A stretch of DNA of 61,100 bases from Methanobacteriota archaeon (GTDB lineage: Archaea; Halobacteriota; Methanomicrobia; Methanomicrobiales; Methanospirillaceae): contig JAKPSJ010000136.1 in the NCBI GenBank assembly GCA_029555345.1, positions 1 to 61,100 of the forward strand, given 5' to 3'. Of the stretch, positions 38,234 through 47,183 are shown one piece after another (position 1 is the stretch's first letter; each line of letters begins with the position of its first letter). The notes beneath the pieces are model-generated. The model was not told the origin of the DNA and did not search any database. It worked only from the letters and a program-made list of their open reading frames with translations. Made by a program: the position numbers and the translations under genes.

Positions 38234-39538
38234 TCAGATCTCCCTCCTGTCGATGACCCTCTTCGCTTTTCCCTCGAAGCGGGGGAGTGAGCCGGGCTCG
38301 ACGAGTTCGACGTTCACACCGACATTGAGGACGTTCCGCAGCTTGTGCTCGACCTTCCTCCGGATCTCCATGAGGTCCGTGATCTTATCGGAAAACGCGT
38401 TGGCAGCGACCTCCACCTGGACGAGCATCTCGTCGAGCGCCCCTTTCCTGTCGACGATGATCTGGAAGTGTTCGCCGACCTCGGGAATGGTCATCAAGGC
38501 GTACTCGACCTGGGTCGGGAAGACGTTGATCCCGCGGATGATCAGCATGTCGTCCACCCTCCCCGTGATCCTCTGGACGCGCGGGTGAGACCTGCCGCAA
38601 GGGCAGATGCCCTCATCGATGGAGCTGATGTCCCCGATTCTGTACCTGATCAGGGGGAGAGCTTCCTTCTGGAGCATGGTGACGACCATCTCGCCGCGCT
38701 CTCCCGGCGGGAGCGGCTCCCCGGTCCTGGTATCGAGTATCTCGACGTAGGCAATGTCCCCCCACACGTGGAACCCCTTCTGCTCGGTGCATTCGCAGAA
38801 CATCGGGCCGGAGAGCTCGCTCGTCCCGTATATGTCGTACGCCTTTATCCCGAGCCAGTTCTGGATGCGCTGGCGCATGTTCTCGGACCAGGGCTCTGCA
38901 CCGAGAATGCCCGTTCGCAACTTCGTGTCTTTCTTGATGCTGACCCCCATCTTATCGGCGACCTCCCCGATATGCAGCAGGTACGACGGTGTGCATGCAA
39001 TGGCGGTGGCGCCGAGGTCCTGCATCAGTTCGATCTGGCGTTCCGTATTCCCGACGCTCGTCGGGATCACCGTTGCGCCGATGCGTTCAGCCCCGTAATG
39101 GTTCCCGAGCCCGCCTGTGAAGAGGCCGTACCCGTAGCTCACCTGGATGACGTCGCCCCGCCCTAAGCCGCACGAGACCATGGCGCGTGCTATCGAGACA
39201 GTCCAGTTCTCGATGTCCCTCGCCGTGTACCCAACGACGGTGGGCTTCCCTGTCGTCCCCGAGGAGACGTGGTACCTGACCAGTTCTTCCTGGGGTGCGA
39301 GGAAGATCTTGTCAGGATAGTTGTCCCGGAGGTCCTTTTTGTACATGAAAGGGAGCTTCTGGATATCGGCGAGCGTCCTGATGTCGTCGGGATGGACCTT
39401 GTTCTCCTCCATGCGGTGGTGATAGAACGGCGAGAAACTGTACAGCTTGTAAACGAGTGTTTTGAGCAGCCTGTACTGGAGTTTCTTGATGTCTTCGAGG
39501 GGCATCTCTTCGATCCGCGGGTCCCACGCTCTCGTCAT
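38234..39538 (-). CDS. paaK: Phenylacetate-CoA ligase family (PaaK / coenzyme F390 synthetase-like adenylate-forming enzyme), copy 1
   Basis: SSGTTGKPT AMP-binding motif and RGINVFP. Confidence 0.9.
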   Translation of the reverse strand: MTRAWDPRIEEMPLEDIKKLQYRLLKTLVYKLYSFSPFYHHRMEENKVHPDDIRTLADIQKLPFMYKKDLRDNYPDKIFLAPQEELVRYHVSSGTTGKPTVVGYTARDIENWTVSIARAMVSCGLGRGDVIQVSYGYGLFTGGLGNHYGAERIGATVIPTSVGNTERQIELMQDLGATAIACTPSYLLHIGEVADKMGVSIKKDTKLRTGILGAEPWSENMRQRIQNWLGIKAYDIYGTSELSGPMFCECTEQKGFHVWGDIAYVEILDTRTGEPLPPGERGEMVVTMLQKEALPLIRYRIGDISSIDEGICPCGRSHPRVQRITGRVDDMLIIRGINVFPTQVEYALMTIPEVGEHFQIIVDRKGALDEMLVQVEVAANAFSDKITDLMEIRRKVEHKLRNVLNVGVNVELVEPGSLPRFEGKAKRVIDRREI

Positions 39539-40827
39539 AGGGCACCTGCCCTTCTGTCCACGATGCGCTTTGCCTTTCCCTCGAACCGGGGCAGGGACCC
39601 GGGTTCCACCAGGTTCACCGTGGTCCTGAGTTCGAGGGCGTCACGCAGTTCCTTGACGACCTTCTTCTGGATCCTTGCGAGGTCCTGGAGTTCCCCGGAG
39701 AAATAGTCCCGGTTAATCTCGACATCGATCGTCATCTCGTCGAGGTGGTTGACCCTGTCCACATAGACCATGAACTGGGAACCCACCTCGGGGATGTCCA
39801 AGAGCACATGTTCGATCTGGGATGGAAACACGTTGATCCCTCTGATAACTAGCATATCATCACTCCTCCCCATTATACGTGCGATCTTTTGCCCGCGCCC
39901 ACACGGGCACGAGTCACCCTTGAGCATCGTGATATCCCCCGTGCGGTACCTGACAAGTGGCATGGCCTCCTTGGCGAGCGGGGTGACGACAAGCTCTCCG
40001 CGTTCCCCTTCGCCCAGGACCTCCCCTGTCGCGGGGTCGACGACCTCGACGAGGTAGCAGTCATGCCAGATGTGGAGCCCGTCCCTCTCCCCGCACTCGA
40101 ACGCGACACCCGGGCCGAATAACTCGGACAGCCCGTACGAATCGTAGGCCGTGAGGCCGAGCCGGCTCTCGAGCTCCCTGCGCATGGACTCGGACCATGG
40201 TTCTGCGCCGAAAAGCCCAGTCTTAAGGGAGTCGAGGTGGGCACCCATCTCCTCGGCGACTTCTGCGAGGTGGAGGGCGTAACTCGGGGTGCAGTGGATC
40301 ACGGTGACCCCGAAGTCCTGGATCATCTCGACCTGCCGGCGGGTATTGCCTGTTGCACTGGGAACAACAGTCATCCCGACGAGCTCTGCCCCGTAATGGA
40401 ACCCGAGCCCGCCCGTGAACATGCCGTAATTGACCATGTTCTGGAAGATGTCCCGGTCGGAAAGCCCCACCATGGTCATGTTCCTGGCTATCAGGTTCGC
40501 CCAGGTCCGGATATCCTTTTTCGTGTACCCGACAACGGTCGGCTTTCCCGTCGTCCCGGACGTTGTGTGAATGCGGATGACCCTGTCGATAGGGACGGCG
40601 AAGAAACCGAACGGGTACCCGTTGCGGAGGTCCTGCTTCCTCGTGAAGGGCAACTTCCGGATATCATCGAGTGTCTTTATGTCTCCCGGCCCAATGCCTG
40701 CCTCCCCGAACTTCTGCCTGTAGAATTCCACGTTCTGGACGTGGACCAGCGTCTTTTTGAGGCGTTTCAGCTGGAGGCGTTCCAAATCTCTCTTCGGGAG
40801 TGTCTCGTATTTCTCGTCCCAGAACAT
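39535..40827 (-). CDS. paaK: Phenylacetate-CoA ligase family, copy 2
   Basis: ATG at 40827 (MFWDEKYETLP). TSGTTGKPT motif. The stop overlaps the copy 1 start (ATGA). Confidence 0.9.
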   Translation of the reverse strand: MFWDEKYETLPKRDLERLQLKRLKKTLVHVQNVEFYRQKFGEAGIGPGDIKTLDDIRKLPFTRKQDLRNGYPFGFFAVPIDRVIRIHTTSGTTGKPTVVGYTKKDIRTWANLIARNMTMVGLSDRDIFQNMVNYGMFTGGLGFHYGAELVGMTVVPSATGNTRRQVEMIQDFGVTVIHCTPSYALHLAEVAEEMGAHLDSLKTGLFGAEPWSESMRRELESRLGLTAYDSYGLSELFGPGVAFECGERDGLHIWHDCYLVEVVDPATGEVLGEGERGELVVTPLAKEAMPLVRYRTGDITMLKGDSCPCGRGQKIARIMGRSDDMLVIRGINVFPSQIEHVLLDIPEVGSQFMVYVDRVNHLDEMTIDVEINRDYFSGELQDLARIQKKVVKELRDALELRTTVNLVEPGSLPRFEGKAKRIVDRRAGAL

Positions 40828-41176
40828 GGTCACCGGTCCTCCGAATGCATAGTCTCTGTTTCTGTCTCCGTGTTTTACCCGTTTTCCACTGGCTCGTGCT
40901 CGCTTTTTGGCAATAAAAGGGTCAAATAGCGATTTCACAAGATCTTTACCATAAACTTGTGTTGAAGGGTGAAAAATATTGCCAGGTCATGGCATGCCAG
41001 GGAGGAGTCCCCTGGAGTGGTTCCCTACAGATCTCTCGAAAGATCACGCAGTTCCCCCTCTTTGAAAAGCGATGCATTGATGTATTGACGCCAGGTAAAA
41101 ATTTAGTGCAGTCAGGCTGCGACCGCACGGTGCGGGGCAGCAAGGAGAGTGTACCATCGATCCTGTCCCGTGGTAT

Positions 41177-42112
41177 TTGGTCTCAGGGTTCGGGGCGCAT
41201 ATCAAGGCCACCCCCAGGGTCCTGATAGTGCAGAAGCATGGCCGCACCGAGGAGATACCGCTCTCCGCAGTACGGCACCTCCTGGTCATGGGAGGCCATA
41301 CCATGCATACATCGGCAATCTCCCGCCTCCTTTCTGCAGGATCATCTGTCTCTTTCTTCGAGGCCGATGGAGAACCTCTCGGGGTCTTGAGGCCTTTCGG
41401 ATTTCACTACGACGAGGTCGTCCGCGAGGCGCAGGCAAAAGCGTTCCCCCACTCCCTGGCGCTGGCAATTGCAAAAGGGAGTGCCCAGTCCCGGATCCTC
41501 CTCCTGGTACGGTTACAAGAGAAACTGGGGCAGCCTCTTTTCTACGAGGGGGAGCTCGAGATCCTGGAGAAAAACCTCGGGGAACTCGAATACCTGGTCC
41601 GGCTCGAAGAAGTGAGAAGGGTGCACAGGCTCATCTCCGACATGTATTACGAGATACTTGCCCGGACAGTCCCCGCGGACCTGGGGTTCCGCCGCCGGAC
41701 CTCCCGGCCCCACAGGGACGTTGTCAACACAATGCTCTCGTTTGGGTACGGGCTCCTCTTCGGGAACGTGTGTGTTGCAGTCGTCGGGGCACATCTCGAC
41801 CCGGATATCGGTTTCCTGTCCCGTGGTGGCGCCGGGCTCGTGCATGATCTCTGCGACCCCTTCCAGCCGGCAATGATTGACGATCCTCTCTTTTCGCTCG
41901 TAAGGGATGGGCTCCCGCCCGACGCGTTCGAGTGCAGCCAGGACCGGTGCATCCTTTCGGACGACCTGGTGCAGTCTCTCATCCAGAGGCTTGCACGGAC
42001 GATCCGGCAGGACGTCATCGATTCCCACGTCTCGGCCCTGAAAGAATCCCTGATGAAAAAGACTGATTTTTTCGTCCGTATCCCGGAGCCGGTATCGTTC
42101 AATGGGAAGTGA
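41177..42112 (+). CDS. cas1: Cas1-like protein, orphan (no CRISPR-cas context in the window)
   Basis: 311 aa with a TTG start. Cas1-like N-domain (IPLSAVRHLLVMGGHTMHTSAISRLLSAGSSVSFFEADGEPLGVLRP). Cas1-like C-domain (RPHRDVVNTMLSFGYGLLF...GAHLDPDIGFLS...LVHDLCDPFQPAMID). Confidence 0.8.
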   Translation: MVSGFGAHIKATPRVLIVQKHGRTEEIPLSAVRHLLVMGGHTMHTSAISRLLSAGSSVSFFEADGEPLGVLRPFGFHYDEVVREAQAKAFPHSLALAIAKGSAQSRILLLVRLQEKLGQPLFYEGELEILEKNLGELEYLVRLEEVRRVHRLISDMYYEILARTVPADLGFRRRTSRPHRDVVNTMLSFGYGLLFGNVCVAVVGAHLDPDIGFLSRGGAGLVHDLCDPFQPAMIDDPLFSLVRDGLPPDAFECSQDRCILSDDLVQSLIQRLARTIRQDVIDSHVSALKESLMKKTDFFVRIPEPVSFNGK

Positions 42113-42371
42113 CGACGGAAAAATCAGGGAATGACCTGAAGGGTATCTCGTATATCTCCATCTCCCTGATCAGCGCCCGCGGGCACCCGTAGATCATGGA
42201 TGCGAACTTGTCGAGTGTCAGGGAGTCGCCGCTTGCAGTGATCTTCACGGACCCATCGGGGAGGTTCATCACTTCACCCTTGATGCAGAGCTTTCCGGCG
42301 ATGTTGCGGATGCAATTCCTGAGTCCCACTTTCTGGACCCTTCCGGTAATCCGGATCTCGATTGTCTTCAT
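42099..42371 (-). CDS. acyP: Acylphosphatase-like protein
   Basis: ATG at 42371 (MKTIEIRITGRVQKVGLRN...GEVMNLPDGSVKI). A longer alternative start exists at 42443. Converges on cas1 with a 14-nt overlap. Confidence 0.75.
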   Translation of the reverse strand: MKTIEIRITGRVQKVGLRNCIRNIAGKLCIKGEVMNLPDGSVKITASGDSLTLDKFASMIYGCPRALIREMEIYEIPFRSFPDFSVVTSH

Positions 42372-42533
42372 CCCGGCCGGTTTCCCTGGGGAGATCATAT
42401 GAGAGACGTTTGGTGTACCTGCCACACTAATTTTTATCTTCATTTCCCTTATGGTGCAACCAGCAATTATATAGCAGTATACAGTTTATTGCTGGACAAG
42501 TCCACTCCCTCCCGATCGCCAAAATGAATGCCC

Positions 42534-43889
42534 CTACTTACGGACGAAGCCCATTATCTCTTCGTAAAACTGGTGCGCCTTCTCTTCCGATGCGGACTCG
42601 ACCATCACGCGCACGAGTGGTTCTGTCCCTGAAGGACGGATCAGGGCCCAGGAATCGCCCCTGTTGATCCTGATGCCGTCTGTGAAATCCAGGTTCTCTC
42701 CAGAGAAGTGATCCGCGAGCCTGGCAATCAGGCCCCGGGGGTCCTTTTCCCTGAACTTCTCCTTCATGAAGGTGAAATGCGGCAATGCACTGACCAGGGA
42801 CGAGAGGGGCTCGCCTGTCCGGGCGAGGAGCGAGACCATGGTCGCCGCGGTCATCCCGCCATCCCTGCAGAGCTGGTGGCCGGGATATATCAGCCCGCCG
42901 TTCCCCTCGCCGCCCAGGACGACGGGTGTACCCTGCGCAGCGAGGGCGATCATAGTCCTTGCCACGTAGATGCTCCCGACAGGCGTGTAGACAACCCGGC
43001 AGCCGTACCTCTGGGCGATGACCTCCAGGAGGCGGGAAGTGCTGACAGGGGTGACGATGACCCCCTGCCTCCCTCGGCAGACATGGTCTGCGATCAGGCC
43101 GAACTCCACGTTCTCCTCGATGAAGTTGCCTTTCTCGTCCACGAAGACAGCGCGGTCTGCATCGCCGTCGTGGGCAACGCCGAATCGTGCACCCGTCGCG
43201 GTGACGAGGTCGGCGAGGGGAGAGAGCCCCTCGGGAGAGGGTTCTGGAAGCCTCCCGGGGAAGGTGCCGTCCATCTGGCAGTTGAGGGAGTAGACCCTGC
43301 ATCCCATGCGGCCGAGTATCTCGGGCGTCGTGGCAGCCGCCGCACCGCATCCCGGGTCTGCGACAACTGTCATGTCCTCGCCGATGGAGGGGGGGAAAGC
43401 CCGGGTGACCGCATCCACGTACTCCTCCACGAGGTTCTTTGCAGCGCGTTCGCGCCCCACCCTCTCCCAGCCGGCCATCCGCGATGTCTCCTCGAATATA
43501 TGCTTCTCGAGTGCGATGCTCTCTTCGTCGCCCATTTCAGTCCCGTCGGGTTCCACCACCTTGACGCCGTTGTATTCCGGGGGGTTGTGGGATGCCGTCA
43601 CCACGGCTCCCGCATCGAAATGGGCCCTGACCAGGAACTGGAGTGCCGGAGTCGGGAGGATGCCGCAGTCGACAACGTCACAGCCCGCCGCAAGGAGGCC
43701 GGCCTTCAAGGCACTGGCAAGCGCGGGTCCCGAAGTCCGGGTGTCCCTGCCTACGGCCACGGTCCCCGGCCTCATCGTCCCCAGTGCAAGACCGATCTCC
43801 AGGGCGAGACCGGGGGTCATCTCGGTCCCGACAATACCCCTGACTCCGTTCGTTCCAAAGAGCCTCTTCTCAGTTTTTTTCAGTTGCAT
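42534..43889 (-). CDS. glmM: Phosphoglucosamine mutase / phosphomannomutase family
   Basis: FGTNGVRG, the TASHNPPEYNG phosphoserine loop and GDGDADR Mg site. Confidence 0.9.
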   Translation of the reverse strand: MQLKKTEKRLFGTNGVRGIVGTEMTPGLALEIGLALGTMRPGTVAVGRDTRTSGPALASALKAGLLAAGCDVVDCGILPTPALQFLVRAHFDAGAVVTASHNPPEYNGVKVVEPDGTEMGDEESIALEKHIFEETSRMAGWERVGRERAAKNLVEEYVDAVTRAFPPSIGEDMTVVADPGCGAAAATTPEILGRMGCRVYSLNCQMDGTFPGRLPEPSPEGLSPLADLVTATGARFGVAHDGDADRAVFVDEKGNFIEENVEFGLIADHVCRGRQGVIVTPVSTSRLLEVIAQRYGCRVVYTPVGSIYVARTMIALAAQGTPVVLGGEGNGGLIYPGHQLCRDGGMTAATMVSLLARTGEPLSSLVSALPHFTFMKEKFREKDPRGLIARLADHFSGENLDFTDGIRINRGDSWALIRPSGTEPLVRVMVESASEEKAHQFYEEIMGFVRK

Positions 43890-44644
43890 GCATCTTTCCT
43901 CCCGGCTGCCAGCGCGGTCCGGAGAGCACTGTCGATGCGGTCGAAGACCTTCGGGAACGCCGACAGGACGTCTCCGGGCGTTGGACCGCCGACAGCGAAG
44001 AGAACCCTGTCTTCCCCTCCGAAATAGAGCCCCTGGTGGAGGTGGACCCTCACCCTCACCGTTGCCGCTCCGCCTGCCATATCCCTGGACATCTCTCTGA
44101 TCATTGGAAAAAAACGTTCATAAAACTCTCTTCGCTCCGGGGCAGGCAGGGAGGATGAACCTGCCGGGAGTGTGCCTGTCGATGCAGCGAGCCCGTCGCC
44201 CCACATGTCCCGTGCCAGGCCGCAGGGAGAGAAATAGTCGGGGAACCTGTCCAGGCAGGTGAGGATATCCTGAGGACGGGGATTGCCGAGCACGATGTTC
44301 TCCACCCCGGTAAGGTCCCCCATGACCGCCTTGGGCAGGGGGAGCGACTTGAAACCTTCCAGGACGGTGAAGGACGTGCCGGAAGAAGAGATCATATCGA
44401 GCACGGCCCAAAGGGAGACTGCATCCATGACAACGACCGTCTTTTCGGAATCGATCCCGGCAGAGATCGGGGCACCTGCCTCGAGAAAGAGGGTCGTATC
44501 CTTTCCAGCCGGGAGCGCAAACCGGTGGTGCCCGAGATGCTTGACGACTGCCACATCCCCCTTATTTGCGAGGAGCGGGACGAGACTGCGGATGAGGGTC
44601 GTCTTCCCCGAACCCGATGCCCCGCAGACCTGGATGACCTTCAC
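43880..44644 (-). CDS. mobB: MobB-domain P-loop protein with a C-terminal extension (degenerate MoaE-like?)
   Basis: GTG at 44644 overlaps the upstream stop (GTGA). CGASGSGKTTL Walker A. 10-nt overlap with the glmM start. The rest of the 412-aa ORF is an artefact. Confidence 0.75.
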   Translation of the reverse strand: MKVIQVCGASGSGKTTLIRSLVPLLANKGDVAVVKHLGHHRFALPAGKDTTLFLEAGAPISAGIDSEKTVVVMDAVSLWAVLDMISSSGTSFTVLEGFKSLPLPKAVMGDLTGVENIVLGNPRPQDILTCLDRFPDYFSPCGLARDMWGDGLAASTGTLPAGSSSLPAPERREFYERFFPMIREMSRDMAGGAATVRVRVHLHQGLYFGGEDRVLFAVGGPTPGDVLSAFPKVFDRIDSALRTALAAGRKDACN

Positions 44645-45240
44645 GGCAGGTTGCCCCCCTCGTCTTCCCCGTCGTCTCCCTGCCACCGGGATGTCTCCAC
44701 CCCCTCCTCTCCCTTCCGGGGAGTGGTCTCCTCCTCCGCCATGCGAGTACTGAGGATGTGTGCTGCTGCCTTCCCGACACTCCTCATGACCTCCGTGATG
44801 CGGTCCTCTATCTCTATCTCCTCGTCTATCTCGAGAGAGGTCCTCTCCACCTCGAGGAGGAAGCGGGCGACTTCGCTTGCCTCGAAGAGGAGGTCGTCGA
44901 GTTCCTCGCTCGTAAAAAATCCGCACATCGCCCCATAGAAGAACGTTGCACCCGATTTGTACACTTTCTTCTTGAAGGAGTTCCGGGCCTGGTTCACTGC
45001 CTGGGGCGTGTAGGGCTCCTGCATAAAAGGAACGAGACTGGGGAGGTTCTGCCCGATGAACGTCATTTCGGCGCCGCTCCTCGTGCGGAAATCGGTGCAA
45101 AGCCGGGCGATCGCCCATTCCCTTGCGGTGATGTATGTCCGCTTCCGCAGGAACTTGTTCACTTTTTGATACGTCTCCCCGTCTACCTTCTTGAACTTGC
45201 GGTACTTGTTCACGTCATCCTGTCCGAAACGCGTGCGCAT
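44641..45240 (-). CDS. Conserved archaeal hypothetical protein (DUF5806-like) with an acidic C-terminal tail
   Basis: 199 aa; YRKFKKVDGETYQKVNKFLRKRTYITAREWAIARLC... Confidence 0.75.
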   Translation of the reverse strand: MRTRFGQDDVNKYRKFKKVDGETYQKVNKFLRKRTYITAREWAIARLCTDFRTRSGAEMTFIGQNLPSLVPFMQEPYTPQAVNQARNSFKKKVYKSGATFFYGAMCGFFTSEELDDLLFEASEVARFLLEVERTSLEIDEEIEIEDRITEVMRSVGKAAAHILSTRMAEEETTPRKGEEGVETSRWQGDDGEDEGGNLP

Positions 45241-45414
45241 TGCCGTGTCTCACTCCCTTTACCCTCCTTTTTCCTTTTCGGGATCAGATAGAGTGCACCT
45301 TCTTACTATATAGCATCTTATGGTTTATTTATAAAAAGGAAACATCCAGAACAGCTCATTCCACCCATCATCGGACTCAGACGCGTGGTGCCAGGGAATT
45401 TTTCCCCGGCCTCG

Positions 45415-46551
45415 TCAGGGAGAACTGTGGCTTTCCCGGGTCGAGGGGACGCCGGGAGTGACCTCGAGGAAGAAGGTTACTTCGACCCCGCGTGGGCCCG
45501 GGCACGACCCGGCCCTGATGAGAAACGTGCAAGGTACCCCGTCATGGCGGATGAGGGAGAGCTCGACACATTCCCTCCTGCGTCCCATCTCTATACGGGA
45601 GAGTAACTCTGCGAGCGACCCGTGCTGGCCCTCCACGGCAATGTCGAAAAGGTTGATAGATTTTCCTTTATCGGCAGGGCACGGGCCTTCAACAAAATCC
45701 CTCGCCGTACTGTTCAGGAAGACGATTTCACCCGCGGGCGAGACCTCCAGGTAAAGGCCGGGAATTGCATCGGCGAGCACGTGCTGGTGGGAACGCATCC
45801 GCTCACGGGCGTCATCGCCGCCTCTGCCGCCCGGGGGAAATGCGTATGCAAATACGAGGGCCCTTCCCCTGAATTCACCCCATGAAAAGGATACCGGCAC
45901 TGGCAGATCCTGCCCGCTTTTTGTCCTCATGACGAGGTGGAGTGTCATTTTCTCGTGCAACTCGAGCCGGTCCACGAAATGTGACCATTCGCTGGGGGAT
46001 AGGAACGGGTCGAGGTCGGCGGCATGGAGGAGGCAGAGTTCCCTGGAAGAATATCCAAGGGCCGCACATGCCGAGGTATTGGCATACACGACGTTGCCGC
46101 GTCTGTTGAAGCAGAGTATCGGAATGCCCGCCCTCTCCACGGAGTAGCGTGTGACCTGGAGAGCCCCCTCCCTCCGGAATCTCTCTGCTGCGAGCTTTAC
46201 AGAGTGGATCAGTTCCGCGAACTGCGAGCGTGGGTCACCCCCCTTCTGGATGTAAAAATCGGCACCGCTATTGAGAGCTTCAATGACGACGTGTTCCCTT
46301 CCCCTGCCTGTGAATATGATGAAAGGCGTATCGATTCCGAGTTTTCGCACTGTTTTTAGGAAGGAGATCCCATCCATTCCCGGCATTTCGTAGTCCGAGA
46401 TGATAACGTCATAGACCCGCCCTCTGAGCACCTCCAGGGCCTGCTCCGCTGAATAGCAGGTGTCGACCTTGATCTCACCGGTCTTTTCGAGGTAGAGCCT
46501 GGAGACATCCAGGAGAGGAGGCTCGTCATCCACGAACAGGACTGTTATCAT
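45415..46551 (-). CDS. Response regulator receiver fused to two PAS-like domains (no kinase or DNA-binding output)
   Basis: ATG at 46551 (MITVLFVDDEPP). DVIISDYEMPGMDG and ADFYIQKG motifs. Confidence 0.85.
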   Translation of the reverse strand: MITVLFVDDEPPLLDVSRLYLEKTGEIKVDTCYSAEQALEVLRGRVYDVIISDYEMPGMDGISFLKTVRKLGIDTPFIIFTGRGREHVVIEALNSGADFYIQKGGDPRSQFAELIHSVKLAAERFRREGALQVTRYSVERAGIPILCFNRRGNVVYANTSACAALGYSSRELCLLHAADLDPFLSPSEWSHFVDRLELHEKMTLHLVMRTKSGQDLPVPVSFSWGEFRGRALVFAYAFPPGGRGGDDARERMRSHQHVLADAIPGLYLEVSPAGEIVFLNSTARDFVEGPCPADKGKSINLFDIAVEGQHGSLAELLSRIEMGRRRECVELSLIRHDGVPCTFLIRAGSCPGPRGVEVTFFLEVTPGVPSTRESHSSP

Positions 46552-47126
46552 GGGAAAAATGCCTTCCTGGTAATCAATCGTGAAAAGTAGCCGGGTCTTC
46601 CATAAAAGTATTTGTACTACACCCATTTTAAGGCTCTTCACTATTTCGAGTAGGAAATTGAATACGAGTGGAGGGGCGGTAGCCACCACGTGCACTCACT
46701 TACCTACCCACTGAAAATAGCGAAGAGCCGAAAAACTGGATTTATCTCATGTCGCTGCAGTCTGCATGGGTAAGGGTGGAGATTCGGTAGGATCATTCTT
46801 CTCATCCCTGCAGGTCTCCGTCGAAGACCATCCCATGACCGATGCCGCGAAAACATCGGAATGTTACCTGGACGGGGCATCGAACCAGGTGATGGGAGGT
46901 TGTGGGCCCCTTTCCGAACCAGTTTTTCCGGGCCGGGACATTCGGCACGTCTATAAAGCCGCAAAAACGCGAAACTTTGTTCATGGCATAATTTTATATG
47001 GCTTTATGGGAGAAAGGTCGAATACGTCGATATAACAAGGTCGATTTATCGAGATTTCCCATGCCCTCGAGATATACCGGGGATGACCGGGAAAGTTCCT
47101 CTCAAGGATACCGGCGGCAGGAATTT

Positions 47127-47160
47127 CGCAGAATAGAGATTCTGCGCAAAAGGTTTATAA
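47127..47160 (+). promoter_or_regulatory. Perfect 8-bp palindrome abutting a TATA-like box upstream of xerA
   Basis: cgcagaat agag attctgcg (47127-47146), followed by tttataa (47154-47160), about 25 nt before the xerA ATG. Confidence 0.35.
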
Positions 47161-47183
47161 TTCGAGCAAAAAAAGAATAAAAC

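Noticed and set aside
46998-47180. 60-aa basic ORF ending 3 nt before xerA (possible excisionase-like partner)
   Set aside because: It lies in AT-rich sequence where ORFs arise easily. It has no recognisable HTH or RHH pattern and atypical codon usage. Its sequence overlaps the palindrome and TATA elements, which are better explained as the xerA promoter.
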